Source of the DNA: a virus
Virus record (IMG/VR): IMGVR_UViG_3300024289_000019
Coordinates: 32,001 to 96,000 of that record
Strand: one strand, 5' to 3'
DNA: 64,000 nt
The notes under the pieces: generated by a model
The model's input: the letters and a program-made list of their open reading frames with translations, nothing else
The model's database searches: none
What the model was told of the DNA's origin: nothing
Part shown: positions 21,824 through 30,980 of the stretch, in pieces
How positions within the stretch are numbered: position 1 is the first letter of the stretch
How the letters are laid out: every line of letters begins with the position of its first letter
Translations under genes and position numbers: made by a program

Positions 21824-22095
21824 TATGTTCAAATAAAGATTGCAAAAAAGAGTTCGAGAAGAAAACTCATAATCAAAAATATTGCTCTGATGAATGTTGT
21901 AGGGTTGCTACTAATAAACGAATCATGGAAAAATATTATGAGAAAAAAGCAATCCGAAATGGTGCTGTAAGGCTATGTAAATGTGGCAATAGGCTTAGTA
22001 GATATACAGAAAAAACAGTATGTGTCATGTGTGTTGCTAAAAGTAAAAAAGAAACCAGGAAAAAATTAAAGGAAATGATTGATGGGATTAGCTGA
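21820..22095 (+). CDS. Cys-rich zinc-finger protein
   Basis: CSNKDC...QKYCSDECC...CKCG...CVMC. Confidence 0.6.
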   Translation: MICSNKDCKKEFEKKTHNQKYCSDECCRVATNKRIMEKYYEKKAIRNGAVRLCKCGNRLSRYTEKTVCVMCVAKSKKETRKKLKEMIDGIS

Positions 22096-22648
22096 TCTAG
22101 TAAAAACAAAAGCTCATAGAGTTTTAGGTATAGATGCCTCAACAAACTCTGTGGCTTTCTGTTTAATGGAAAATGATATTCCAATTAAGTGGGGAAAAAT
22201 TGAATTTACTGGATCAGATATATATGAAAAAATATATGACGCAAAAATTAAAACCCATGCAATGCTTAATGAATTAAAGGCAGATTATATTGTTGTAGAG
22301 GGGGCAGTGTTTGTCAAATCCCCAGATGCTGTGATAAAATTGTCCTATGTATATGGTGTCATCATTGCTGAGCTTATGTCTACTGGGGCTAGTGTTATTA
22401 CTATATCTCCTACATCTTGGCAGGCTTATATTGGAAATAAAAACCCAACAAAGCTGGAGAAAGACAAACTTAGGTTTGAAAATCCAGGACATGCTGACTC
22501 TTGGTACAAAGCAAAAATGCGGGAGATCAGAAAGCAAAGGACTGTAGATTATTTTAATAAAAAGTATAACTTACAGTTAGACGATTTTGACGTAGCAGAT
22601 GCATTCGGCATCGCTCATTATTCGAATACGGTGTTAACACAAAGATGA
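22079..22648 (+). CDS. ruvC: RuvC-like Holliday junction resolvase
   Basis: VLGIDAST, IVVEG, DVADAFGIA. Confidence 0.82.
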   Translation: MMGLADLVKTKAHRVLGIDASTNSVAFCLMENDIPIKWGKIEFTGSDIYEKIYDAKIKTHAMLNELKADYIVVEGAVFVKSPDAVIKLSYVYGVIIAELMSTGASVITISPTSWQAYIGNKNPTKLEKDKLRFENPGHADSWYKAKMREIRKQRTVDYFNKKYNLQLDDFDVADAFGIAHYSNTVLTQR

Positions 22649-22791
22649 AATTGTATCAAAGCCAGACATGGTTATATAGAAGATATGTAGTTCAGAAAAA
22701 AACTGTTACGGAAATTGCTGATGAGTGTAAAGTTTCAGCAATGACTATACAGAGATATTTAGAAAAATTTGGAATGATAAAGAGGAGATAG
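22645..22791 (+). CDS. Small HTH protein (not in ORF track)
   Basis: WLYRRYVVQKKTVTEIADECKVSAMTIQRYLEKFG. Confidence 0.7.
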   Translation: MKLYQSQTWLYRRYVVQKKTVTEIADECKVSAMTIQRYLEKFGMIKRR

Positions 22792-22792
22792 T

Positions 22793-23116
22793 ATGCTAGA
22801 GCCAGTATTTGCAGACATGAAGGAATTTAAGTGTGACGACCTTTATTTATTAACTGTTGGAACGGAAGCGGGTAGAGAAATTTATAATGCTTGCCACGAA
22901 ATTGCTCACATGCTAATTAAAAAGAACATTGCTTATGGCAACTCCGCCCTTGACCCAGTTAGAGTATTTTCAAAAGCGGGGCCACGAGAGCAGTTATATG
23001 TTCGTATTGATGATAAATTAAATAGGTTAATGAAGGGTACAGAATACCCAGGCGACAACGATATTGATGATTTGATTGGATATCTAATTCTGCTAAAAAT
23101 AGCTAAATCGATTTGA
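22793..23116 (+). CDS. DUF1599-like / nucleotide-modification associated domain protein
   Basis: KKNIAYGNS...VRIDDKLNRL...DDLIGYLIL. Confidence 0.7.
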   Translation: MLEPVFADMKEFKCDDLYLLTVGTEAGREIYNACHEIAHMLIKKNIAYGNSALDPVRVFSKAGPREQLYVRIDDKLNRLMKGTEYPGDNDIDDLIGYLILLKIAKSI

Positions 23117-23147
23117 TTTTTTAGTCGACTAAGATTATAATATTAAT

Positions 23148-23687
23148 ATGGAAATAGAATTAGCAGACCATTTTGATAAAATGAACAAGGTGGTTTCAGA
23201 ACTACTAAAGGGTAATAACCCAACTCAAATTGCTACAATAACTGGATACAAAAGAGCAGAAGTACTGGACTTAATAGACGAATGGAAGAGCGTTGTCCAT
23301 AACGACTCAAGCGCAAGAGAACGTGCTAAAGAGGCTGTCTCTGGTGCTGATCAACATTATGCAATGCTTATTAAAGAGGCATGGAGCACTGTAGAGGCTG
23401 CCGATGCTCAAGGTCAACTTAATGTTAAGGCTAATACATTAAAGCTAATTGCTGATATTGAAACAAAAAGAATTGGCATGCTTCAGCAGGTAGGGCTATT
23501 AGACAATGCAGAGTTGGCAAATCAAATTGCAGAAACTGAAAAGAAACAAGAAATTCTTGTAGGCATATTAAAAGAAGTTACTGCTGGTTGTCCAAAATGT
23601 AAACTAGATGTTGCAAAAAGATTGTCGCAGATTACTGGAGTGGTAGAACCAGTTGTAATTGATACAGAGGAAGCAAGTGGATCTTAA
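23148..23687 (+). CDS. Putative terminase small subunit (HTH)
   Basis: N-terminal HTH, helical, directly upstream of the terminase large subunit. Confidence 0.55.
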   Translation: MEIELADHFDKMNKVVSELLKGNNPTQIATITGYKRAEVLDLIDEWKSVVHNDSSARERAKEAVSGADQHYAMLIKEAWSTVEAADAQGQLNVKANTLKLIADIETKRIGMLQQVGLLDNAELANQIAETEKKQEILVGILKEVTAGCPKCKLDVAKRLSQITGVVEPVVIDTEEASGS

Positions 23688-25473
23688 TTTTAATGATCTT
23701 ATTGATATCCTAGACGGAGAGGAATTTGATGAAAGACCAGTCGATTTACGAACATTCGTTACAAGCCAAGATTTCCTTGGACTCCCTGAACTTTCGGAGT
23801 ACCAGTATACACTCATTGAGAAGAGCAGCCAGATCTACAAAGAATCCACACTTATCAAACTATTTGGACAAGAAGAAGGAACCCGCAGATACAAGCAAAC
23901 TTGCAATGAAGTAATTGCACAATTGGGCAAGGGTAGTGGTAAAGATTATTGCTCAACAATATCTGTAGCGTATATAGTTTATTTACTATTATGCTTAAAA
24001 GATCCAGCAACATATTATGGAAAACCAGCTGGAGACTCAATTGATATTATTAATATTGCTATTAACGCACAGCAAGCAAACAATGTTTTCTTCAAGGGAT
24101 TTAGAACTAGAATTACTAGATGCGGGTGGTTTGCTGGGAAATATACAGAAAAAGCTTCCGAAATAAAATTTGATAAAAATGTAAATGTTTATTCTGGCCA
24201 TTCAGAGAGAGAAGCATTTGAAGGATATAACGTTATAGTTGTTGTTCTAGACGAGATAGCAGGCTTTGCGGTAGAAAATACAACTGGACACGATCAGGCT
24301 AAAACAGCAGATGCAATATATGAAATGTATAGAGGATCAGTTGACTCTCGTTTTCCAGATTATGGAAAAGTAATTCTTTTGTCTTTTCCAAGATTTAAGG
24401 GTGATCCAATTCAAAAGTTCTACGATCAAGCAATTGCTGAAAAAACTGTAACAATAAGAAAACATAAGTTTAAAATAGACCAAGACCTTCCAGATGGAAT
24501 TACTGGCAATGAATTTGAAATAGAATGGGAAGAAGACAATATAATTTCTTATAGAGTGCCTAAAGTATATGCTTTAAAAAGACCAACTTGGGAAATTAAT
24601 CCAACAAGATCTTTAGAAGATTTTAAAATTCCTTTTTACAAAAATGCTTTAGACGCACTAGGGAGATTTGCATGTATGCCGCCAGAAATGGTTGATGCAT
24701 TTTTTAAGTCTAGAGAAAAAGTAGAAAAAGCTTTCAACAAGGCACACCTTGCTGTGGATGGATTTGGAAGGATCGAAGAGTGGTTTATACCAGATCCAGA
24801 CAAAGATTATTTCATACACGTAGACCTTGCACAAAAACATGACCATTGCGCTGTTGCAATGTCTCATGTTAATAAATGGGTTAACGTAAAGGTTACAGAT
24901 AATTATTCTCAGCCAGCACCAGTAATTGAAGTTGATGCAATTAGATATTGGACGCCTACACCAGATAAGTCTGTAGATTTTACTGAGGTAAAAGATTTTA
25001 TATTGGCTTTAAAAACTCGTGGATTTAAAATTCGTGTGTGCACATTTGATAGATGGAACTCTCATGACATGATGCAACAGTTAAAAACTTATGGCATCAA
25101 TACAGAAATATTATCTGTTGCCAAAAAACATTATGACGATATGGCTATGGTAGTTTTAGAAGAAAGATTAAATGGTCCGCACATCCCTTTACTCATTGAT
25201 GAATTATTACAGTTAAAAATTATGAGAGATAAAGTTGACCATCCAAGAAAAGGTTCTAAGGACTTGGCGGATGCTGTATGTGGATCAATATTTAATTGTA
25301 TAAGCATGAGCAGATTTGACACCAATCAAGAAGTAGAAATTCACACATACGAATCAATGAATTATAAAGCTGACTTTGGAGAAGAAAAAGAGGAATCTAT
25401 TAATCTTATTAAGCCTCCAAAAGCAATGCCAAATGACTTACAAGACGCTATAGGAAGAATGATGGTTTTATGA
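23677..25473 (+). CDS. Terminase large subunit
   Basis: GKGSGKD Walker A, VVLDE Walker B, nuclease HVDLA...FDRWNS...DHPRKGSKDLADA. Confidence 0.9.
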   Translation: MDLNFNDLIDILDGEEFDERPVDLRTFVTSQDFLGLPELSEYQYTLIEKSSQIYKESTLIKLFGQEEGTRRYKQTCNEVIAQLGKGSGKDYCSTISVAYIVYLLLCLKDPATYYGKPAGDSIDIINIAINAQQANNVFFKGFRTRITRCGWFAGKYTEKASEIKFDKNVNVYSGHSEREAFEGYNVIVVVLDEIAGFAVENTTGHDQAKTADAIYEMYRGSVDSRFPDYGKVILLSFPRFKGDPIQKFYDQAIAEKTVTIRKHKFKIDQDLPDGITGNEFEIEWEEDNIISYRVPKVYALKRPTWEINPTRSLEDFKIPFYKNALDALGRFACMPPEMVDAFFKSREKVEKAFNKAHLAVDGFGRIEEWFIPDPDKDYFIHVDLAQKHDHCAVAMSHVNKWVNVKVTDNYSQPAPVIEVDAIRYWTPTPDKSVDFTEVKDFILALKTRGFKIRVCTFDRWNSHDMMQQLKTYGINTEILSVAKKHYDDMAMVVLEERLNGPHIPLLIDELLQLKIMRDKVDHPRKGSKDLADAVCGSIFNCISMSRFDTNQEVEIHTYESMNYKADFGEEKEESINLIKPPKAMPNDLQDAIGRMMVL

Positions 25474-25721
25474 CAAATATATATCAAGAGAGAGCAAAAG
25501 AGTGTAAATGTTGTGGAAAACATGTGCCACTACCAACTGTTTTACGTGAATATAATGGAGTAATGATGTGCCCAACTACCTATGCAAACGTTTTGGAGTA
25601 TACTAGGATATGGAAGCAAATAGGTTCTAGACCAGCTGGGAGTATTAGAAAACATTTTTCTGAATATGTCCAACAAGTTGTTGAAACAACTATTGACATA
25701 TCTGATCAGACAAAGATATAA
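25470..25721 (+). CDS. Hypothetical Cys-containing protein
   Basis: ORF with ATGA overlap. Confidence 0.5.
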   Translation: MTNIYQERAKECKCCGKHVPLPTVLREYNGVMMCPTTYANVLEYTRIWKQIGSRPAGSIRKHFSEYVQQVVETTIDISDQTKI

Positions 25722-25730
25722 TATTCCAAC

Positions 25731-25804
25731 GTGGCAGTAGCTTAGTTGGTTAGAGCCCCGAACTCATAATTCGGTAGTCGTAGGTTCGAGTCCTACCTGC
25801 CGCA
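25731..25804 (+). tRNA. tRNA with CAT anticodon (Met or Ile2)
   Basis: Cloverleaf GTGGCAG/CTGCCGC, anticodon arm CCGAA-CTCATAA-TTCGG, GGTTCGAGTCC; TTGACA/TATAAT promoter upstream. Confidence 0.9.
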
Positions 25805-25817
25805 CAAGGAGAAAGAA

Positions 25818-26126
25818 GTGGAAAACATGAATAACATGGAACACTATATTGAAATAGGCGCTATTGAAATAGAGGGCGTTGATGAAACTGGTGAATTAGT
25901 TCTTTCAATTAGTGAAAGGGCAAAAGATATTGCTCCAGAACTATGGGCTGCTCATGTTCAACATATTGACGAAACTCTTCTTGAGCTGTATAAGTCTGGT
26001 TACATGGATGTAGAATACGATGAAGATCTTGAACCAAACTTTAAATTAAGTGATGAAGGAATAAAAATTGCAAAAGAAATGGGGTTAATTCCTATGGATA
26101 AACAAAGGAATATCCCAAATAATTAG
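25818..26126 (+). CDS. Hypothetical acidic protein
   Basis: AGGAG RBS. Confidence 0.6.
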   Translation: MENMNNMEHYIEIGAIEIEGVDETGELVLSISERAKDIAPELWAAHVQHIDETLLELYKSGYMDVEYDEDLEPNFKLSDEGIKIAKEMGLIPMDKQRNIPNN

Positions 26127-26134
26127 GAGGAATT

Positions 26135-26380
26135 ATGCCTTGGAAAGTTGAAAAAGGTGCAGCAGGTTGTAATGGGTATGCAGTAGTAAAAGAAGATACT
26201 GGTGAGCTTGTTGGGTGTCATCCAACAAAAACAGCAGCAACAGCACATCTAAAAGCTTTATATGCAAATGAGGTAGAAAAGGCAAACCCTTGTTGGGACG
26301 GGTATGAAATGATTGGGTGGAAAACCCAAAATGGAAAAAGAGTTCCAAACTGTGTAAAAACAAAAAAAGTTTTTTCATAA
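26135..26380 (+). CDS. Small phage protein (CWxGY...RVPNCV motif)
   Basis: AGGAGG RBS; motif typical of phage proteins. Confidence 0.6.
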   Translation: MPWKVEKGAAGCNGYAVVKEDTGELVGCHPTKTAATAHLKALYANEVEKANPCWDGYEMIGWKTQNGKRVPNCVKTKKVFS

Positions 26381-26461
26381 TTGATTTAGTAATATAATTA
26401 TCCTGTAGGCGCTAACCCCCCTACGCATTCGGGCTCGCTACCTTGGGATGATTATGGTTAC

Positions 26462-26489
26462 GTAAAGGCTAACTTCGGTTAGCCTTTAC
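26462..26489 (+). terminator. Stable hairpin / terminator with UUCG loop
   Basis: GTAAAGGCTAAC-TTCG-GTTAGCCTTTAC. Confidence 0.7.
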
Positions 26490-26493
26490 TTAT

Positions 26494-26566
26494 GCCCTTG
26501 TAGCTCAGTGGATAGAGCGAGACTCTTCTAAGGTCTGCGTCGGAGGTTCGATTCCTTTCAGGGGCG
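26494..26566 (+). tRNA. tRNA-Arg (TCT)
   Basis: GCCCTTG/CAGGGGC acceptor, AGACT-CTTCTAA-GGTCT anticodon arm, GGTTCGATTCC. Confidence 0.92.
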
Positions 26567-26585
26567 CTTTTTGGTATAATAGCTT

Positions 26586-26640
26586 TGGATCGCCATTAGG
26601 GGTCCATTAATTAACTTATTCGCTTAAAAGGAGGAATAAA
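26586..26640 (+). promoter_or_regulatory. ROSE-like RNA thermometer in hsp20 5' UTR
   Basis: Two hairpins; the 3' one pairs UUAUUC(G)CUU with GAGGAAUAA over the SD and carries the UCGCU ROSE signature. Confidence 0.6.
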
Positions 26641-27066
26641 ATGGTAACACAATTCGCAATGGATTTTTTTAATGATCCATTTTTTATCGGGTTCAATCGT
26701 GATTTTGACAAATTGTCAAGAATTCACACCCATGCAGCAGGAACAAATTATCCACCATACAATGTAATCACAACAGACAATGAAGATAAATTCTTTATTG
26801 AAATTGCGGTTGCTGGATTTTCAAGAGAAGACCTTGATGTATCTGTAAAAGAACAGGTATTGACCGTAAAGGGAGAAATCAAGGATTCTAAAGAAGAGAC
26901 AAAGTATGCTCACCGTGGAATTGCAGCACGTAAGTTTGTTCGTGAATTTGCCCTAGGTGAATTTATTGAAGTAACTGGTGCTACAGCGGAAAACGGAATG
27001 CTAAAAATTTCGTTGGAACGTATTGTTCCTGAAGACAAAAAGCCAAAATCAATTAGAATCAAGTAA
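26641..27066 (+). CDS. Small heat shock protein (Hsp20/IbpA-like)
   Basis: NYPPYNV, IEIAVAGF, HRGIAARKF, ENGMLKISL. Confidence 0.93.
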   Translation: MVTQFAMDFFNDPFFIGFNRDFDKLSRIHTHAAGTNYPPYNVITTDNEDKFFIEIAVAGFSREDLDVSVKEQVLTVKGEIKDSKEETKYAHRGIAARKFVREFALGEFIEVTGATAENGMLKISLERIVPEDKKPKSIRIK

Positions 27067-27133
27067 TAGGTCTAGACAGACCTATTTGTTTGAGGTATAA
27101 TTATATTGTGTACCGCCTAAGTTGCGGACATAA

Positions 27134-27164
27134 GGGCCCTGGGCATGGCCAAGTAAACTGCCCA
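27134..27164 (+). ncRNA. Predicted H-type pseudoknot element, copy 1
   Basis: GGCC/GGCC and UGGGCA/UGCCCA stems; covaries with the copy at 49896-49923. Confidence 0.55.
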
Positions 27165-27181
27165 TTTTATAATGGAGAGCC

Positions 27182-27916
27182 ATGGAGATTATTGATTTAG
27201 AGCAACCAAATGTATTAATCATTAAAAATTTCTTTTCTAAAGAAGAAGTTGAAAAAGTTTTAATTCCAATGAAAGAAACTTCTGAAGAAATTTGGAATCT
27301 TCAGGGTGAAGCCAAAAAAGAAGATTCTACTAGAATTAAAAGAATGTCAGAAAGACTTATTGAATCTGATAACATGAATTGGTATGGAATGACTATGGAT
27401 ATTACAAGTCGTGTTGATGCCTATAGAATGTATTCACATCTCCCACATGCTTTTTTAATAGAAAAAGAGCAACAAATAAAAAAAATAATAACAAATAAAT
27501 TTAAACAAAATGTTGTTTTACAGCTCTCTGGTCTTCATAGGTGGAGGCCAGGAAGAGAGCAAAAGCCTCATATAGATTATTATGATTCTAGTGAACAGCA
27601 TGATTTTGATATGTTAGAAAAATATAATCTGACAAAAGATCGTTTAGAAGAATTTGAGCATTCTTTTAATGACAAACATTATTCTTCATTAGTTTATTTT
27701 AATGAAGATTATATGGGTGGAGAACTATATATGCCTCAATGGGATTGGGAAATAAAACCTGAGACAGGTATGTTAATTGCTTTTGAGGGAAATCAAAATC
27801 ATTTACACGGAGTAAAGATGATGGAAGAAGGAATAAGATATACTTGGTCTATTTTTTGGACAAGATTTGAGTGGGCTATGAAAAACAAAATTAAAGATAG
27901 TAAAGTGAGCATGTAA
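27182..27916 (+). CDS. 2OG-Fe(II) oxygenase (prolyl 4-hydroxylase-like)
   Basis: HID...YFNEDYMGGEL...HGVK...RYT. Confidence 0.85.
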   Translation: MEIIDLEQPNVLIIKNFFSKEEVEKVLIPMKETSEEIWNLQGEAKKEDSTRIKRMSERLIESDNMNWYGMTMDITSRVDAYRMYSHLPHAFLIEKEQQIKKIITNKFKQNVVLQLSGLHRWRPGREQKPHIDYYDSSEQHDFDMLEKYNLTKDRLEEFEHSFNDKHYSSLVYFNEDYMGGELYMPQWDWEIKPETGMLIAFEGNQNHLHGVKMMEEGIRYTWSIFWTRFEWAMKNKIKDSKVSM

Positions 27917-27920
27917 TCTT

Positions 27921-28103
27921 ATGCCTATTTATGAATACAAATGTATTATTTGTGAACATATCAAAGAAATAAACAAATCAATTGATGAAGCAACAATGAC
28001 AGAGATTTGTGAAAAATGTGGTGCCGCAATGGTTAAGCAATATGGATCTTTTGGTATTCAGTTCAAAGGTTCTGGTTTCTATAAAACAGATAACGCTAAG
28101 TAG
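27921..28103 (+). CDS. FmdB-family zinc ribbon protein
   Basis: MPIYEYKC..C...CEKCG...FKGSGFYKTD. Confidence 0.88.
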   Translation: MPIYEYKCIICEHIKEINKSIDEATMTEICEKCGAAMVKQYGSFGIQFKGSGFYKTDNAK

Positions 28104-28153
28104 TCCAATGATATAATTAATTAAGCAAACATAGTTTGCTTAGGAGATTATAG

Positions 28154-30115
28154 TTGACTAGAACTAAGTTATGGAGATTATCTTTAGCCGCCATTTTAGG
28201 ATTTGGTTGGCTATTTCTCACACCCGCTTCTTATAGCGACGATCCACTTGGAACTGCCGCTCAGCAGATAGATCAACTTGAGGTGGATGTTCAAAAACTC
28301 AATGATAAGGTTTCAACACAGGCTAAGATAGATATAGCCAATTCAAAATATGATTCCGCCGTTGCTGCAAAGTCTGACATGGATTCTAAACAGGCAATTA
28401 AAGCAACGAAACAAACTGAATATGATAACGCAGTTTCTGCATTAGCAACAGCATTATCAGAAAAAAATGCAGCACAATCGGCAGTAGATGGACAAACTGT
28501 TGTAGTTGCTACAGCAAATACTAATAAGCAAAATAAAAAAGATACCTTAGATGCTGCTAACATAAATTTACAAACTCAAGCATCTGGCAATAGCTCACAA
28601 ACAAATACGCTAGATGCTTATTTATACGACTGTTACACTTGGTATAACAAATATAATTCTGCACCAGATCTTGAATGTCCAGATGGAAGAGGTGGCGGAA
28701 ATGCTATAGCAATGGGTCCTTGGTCAGGTATTAATTTTAATTTTGGTAGTGGTGGTCCAGCAGGGTTGTACGATGACTATCAAATTAAATGGGTAGGATA
28801 TATTAAAACTACACAGCATTGGACTCCACAATTTAGATTATGTTCTGATGATGGAATGATATTAAAAATTAGTGGACTTACTGTTGTTAATAATTGGTAT
28901 GATCGTGGTGGTCAATGTGGAGCGTCAAACGGATACTATATGGCATCAAATGGGTGGGAGCCTATAGAAGTATGGTGGTATGAAAATGGTGGAGGAGCCA
29001 ATGGAAGCCTACAATGGAATATAGGTAATGGATGGACAGTTATTCCTGCTAATGTATTTTCAATTACATTACCACAAAATAGTCCAGAATATGAAGCAGC
29101 GTTAGCTGCACAAATTACTGCACAACAAGAGTATGCCGCTGCTCTTGCTACATATAATACTGAAAATGATAAATTAACTCAATATAATCAAACTCTTTCT
29201 AGTAAAACAACTGCATATAATACTGCTGTTACAGATAAAAATACTGCACAGACTTCTTTGGCTACTGCTACAACAAATTATAATAATTCAGTAACTACAT
29301 ATAATACGTCAATTACTGAATTAAATACTGCAATTACTGATGCACAAAATGAATATAATAGTCAATGGAATTTAGAAGAGCAGCAGAGAATTCAAGCAGC
29401 TATTGCACAGGCTTTAGCAAATCAACCACAGCCTACTCCAGAGCCAACTACTGAATCTACTCCAGAGCCATCGCCTGAGCAAACAACACCAGTCGATCCC
29501 ACTCCAACTCCAGATTCTGAAACCACAGATGAACCGAAGCCAGATATAACTGCTGATCCTGAGCCCACTGTTGAGCCTTCACCAGAACCTTCACCTCTGC
29601 CATCGGATATAAATCCAGATCCAACTCCTGAACCAGAGCCAACTCCTGCTGAACCTTCTTCAAAACCATCTGCTAATACTATCACAGAAGAGACAGCAAA
29701 TCTAATTGCAGATTTAACAAGTAAAGATACATTAACTAAATTAACTCCAGAACAAAAGCAGGCGGTAGCACAGGGTCTTGGAATTAAAACAGAAGAATTA
29801 GCAAAGGTAGCAGCATTGGCAGCTACTGATAAAAATTTAGCAACAGCCTTACAAGAATTTGGCGATAGAATTAAAGAAAATACTAATGCTCCTATGCCAT
29901 ATACATTAGCAGATGCAACAACAGAGGTTGCCACAGAAGCATTTTTATCAGACCCAATTGGAGCCATTACAGATATTGATTTTAAAAAATTACTTAGCCC
30001 ATCAGAATGGGGTAAGGATATGACAGATGACCAAAGAGAAAAAGCGCAGGAAGTAATTGTTCCTGTAGTTATTGCAGCAAATATTGTGGCAGCAGCCATG
30101 ACAAGGAGGATATAA
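28154..30115 (+). CDS. Secreted/membrane protein with PA14 domain, coiled coils and Pro-rich linker
   Basis: Signal peptide; PA14 motifs SDDG and IEVWWYENGGGA; PTPEP repeats; hydrophobic C-terminus. Confidence 0.75.
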   Translation: MTRTKLWRLSLAAILGFGWLFLTPASYSDDPLGTAAQQIDQLEVDVQKLNDKVSTQAKIDIANSKYDSAVAAKSDMDSKQAIKATKQTEYDNAVSALATALSEKNAAQSAVDGQTVVVATANTNKQNKKDTLDAANINLQTQASGNSSQTNTLDAYLYDCYTWYNKYNSAPDLECPDGRGGGNAIAMGPWSGINFNFGSGGPAGLYDDYQIKWVGYIKTTQHWTPQFRLCSDDGMILKISGLTVVNNWYDRGGQCGASNGYYMASNGWEPIEVWWYENGGGANGSLQWNIGNGWTVIPANVFSITLPQNSPEYEAALAAQITAQQEYAAALATYNTENDKLTQYNQTLSSKTTAYNTAVTDKNTAQTSLATATTNYNNSVTTYNTSITELNTAITDAQNEYNSQWNLEEQQRIQAAIAQALANQPQPTPEPTTESTPEPSPEQTTPVDPTPTPDSETTDEPKPDITADPEPTVEPSPEPSPLPSDINPDPTPEPEPTPAEPSSKPSANTITEETANLIADLTSKDTLTKLTPEQKQAVAQGLGIKTEELAKVAALAATDKNLATALQEFGDRIKENTNAPMPYTLADATTEVATEAFLSDPIGAITDIDFKKLLSPSEWGKDMTDDQREKAQEVIVPVVIAANIVAAAMTRRI

Positions 30116-30312
30116 TGAAAATAATTAAAGGTTTCTTTAATTGGATATGGGAAGCGATCAAGGAAAGTATAGCCCAGCTATGGACCCTCCTCGGATTTTT
30201 CATAGCCTGGTTGACCCTTACAGGGACAGCACAGGATGTAGTGGGCCTAGCAACAGTGATAGTTACTGTAATTTGGCTAATAACCATCCCTTTAAGAAAA
30301 AATGAGGAATAA
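30115..30312 (+). CDS. Small membrane protein
   Basis: Two hydrophobic helices. Confidence 0.6.
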   Translation: MKIIKGFFNWIWEAIKESIAQLWTLLGFFIAWLTLTGTAQDVVGLATVIVTVIWLITIPLRKNEE

Positions 30313-30326
30313 GGTATAATAGTGGT

Positions 30327-30545
30327 ATGAAAAGAATAATTGCTATTGCTTTATCAGGTCTATTAATGCTATCATTAAGTAGCTGTGGCTTTCAGGGTTC
30401 ATACAGATACCCATGCCAAGACCCTGCGAATTGGGAGAAGGCGGAATGCAATCCTCCAATTTGTGAAGCAACAGGAACATGCACTAAAGATATAATTGGT
30501 AAAGCATCAACTACTACTACTGAAACAGGTACAACAAATGGCTAG
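30327..30545 (+). CDS. Putative lipoprotein
   Basis: Signal peptide with lipobox LSSC; Cys-rich mature part. Confidence 0.65.
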   Translation: MKRIIAIALSGLLMLSLSSCGFQGSYRYPCQDPANWEKAECNPPICEATGTCTKDIIGKASTTTTETGTTNG

Positions 30546-30978
30546 AGAAAGATTAAGTCCACAGGATTTGGACGCTAGATTAAAATTTATTTTAGGAATT
30601 ACATTAGGGTCTATTCTATTCCTTACAGCAGTAGGAATTTTATACGGACTTTTGTTTGTAACGCAACCAATCGGAGCACAGTCAGAAAATGATAAAATGT
30701 TTTTTAATGTGCTTGGATCTGTAGCAACTTTTATTACAGGAACGTTGGCTGGCCTACTAATTGGTCAATCAGGTGCTAAAGATATTATGAAAGCACAACT
30801 TGATAATAAAGAAATGGATGCTAAAAATACCCAAGCAGATAAAAAGCTTGAATCAGAATTATCAATTAATGAATTAAAGGCTGATGTAGAAGCAGACGCA
30901 GTTCGTGCTCGTCTTGCAGCAAAACCTGATGGTGCAATGCCAGCAGAGCAACCAGTTGATACAGAATGGGATAAATAA
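30538..30978 (+). CDS. Two-TM membrane protein, holin candidate
   Basis: Two TM helices, immediately upstream of the lysin. Confidence 0.5.
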   Translation: MARERLSPQDLDARLKFILGITLGSILFLTAVGILYGLLFVTQPIGAQSENDKMFFNVLGSVATFITGTLAGLLIGQSGAKDIMKAQLDNKEMDAKNTQADKKLESELSINELKADVEADAVRARLAAKPDGAMPAEQPVDTEWDK

Positions 30979-30980
30979 TT

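Noticed and set aside
29422-30099. 225-aa minus-strand ORF (also 36269..36886 and other antisense ORFs)
   Set aside because: These are shadows of low-complexity, codon-biased + strand genes, with no RBS or recognisable motifs.
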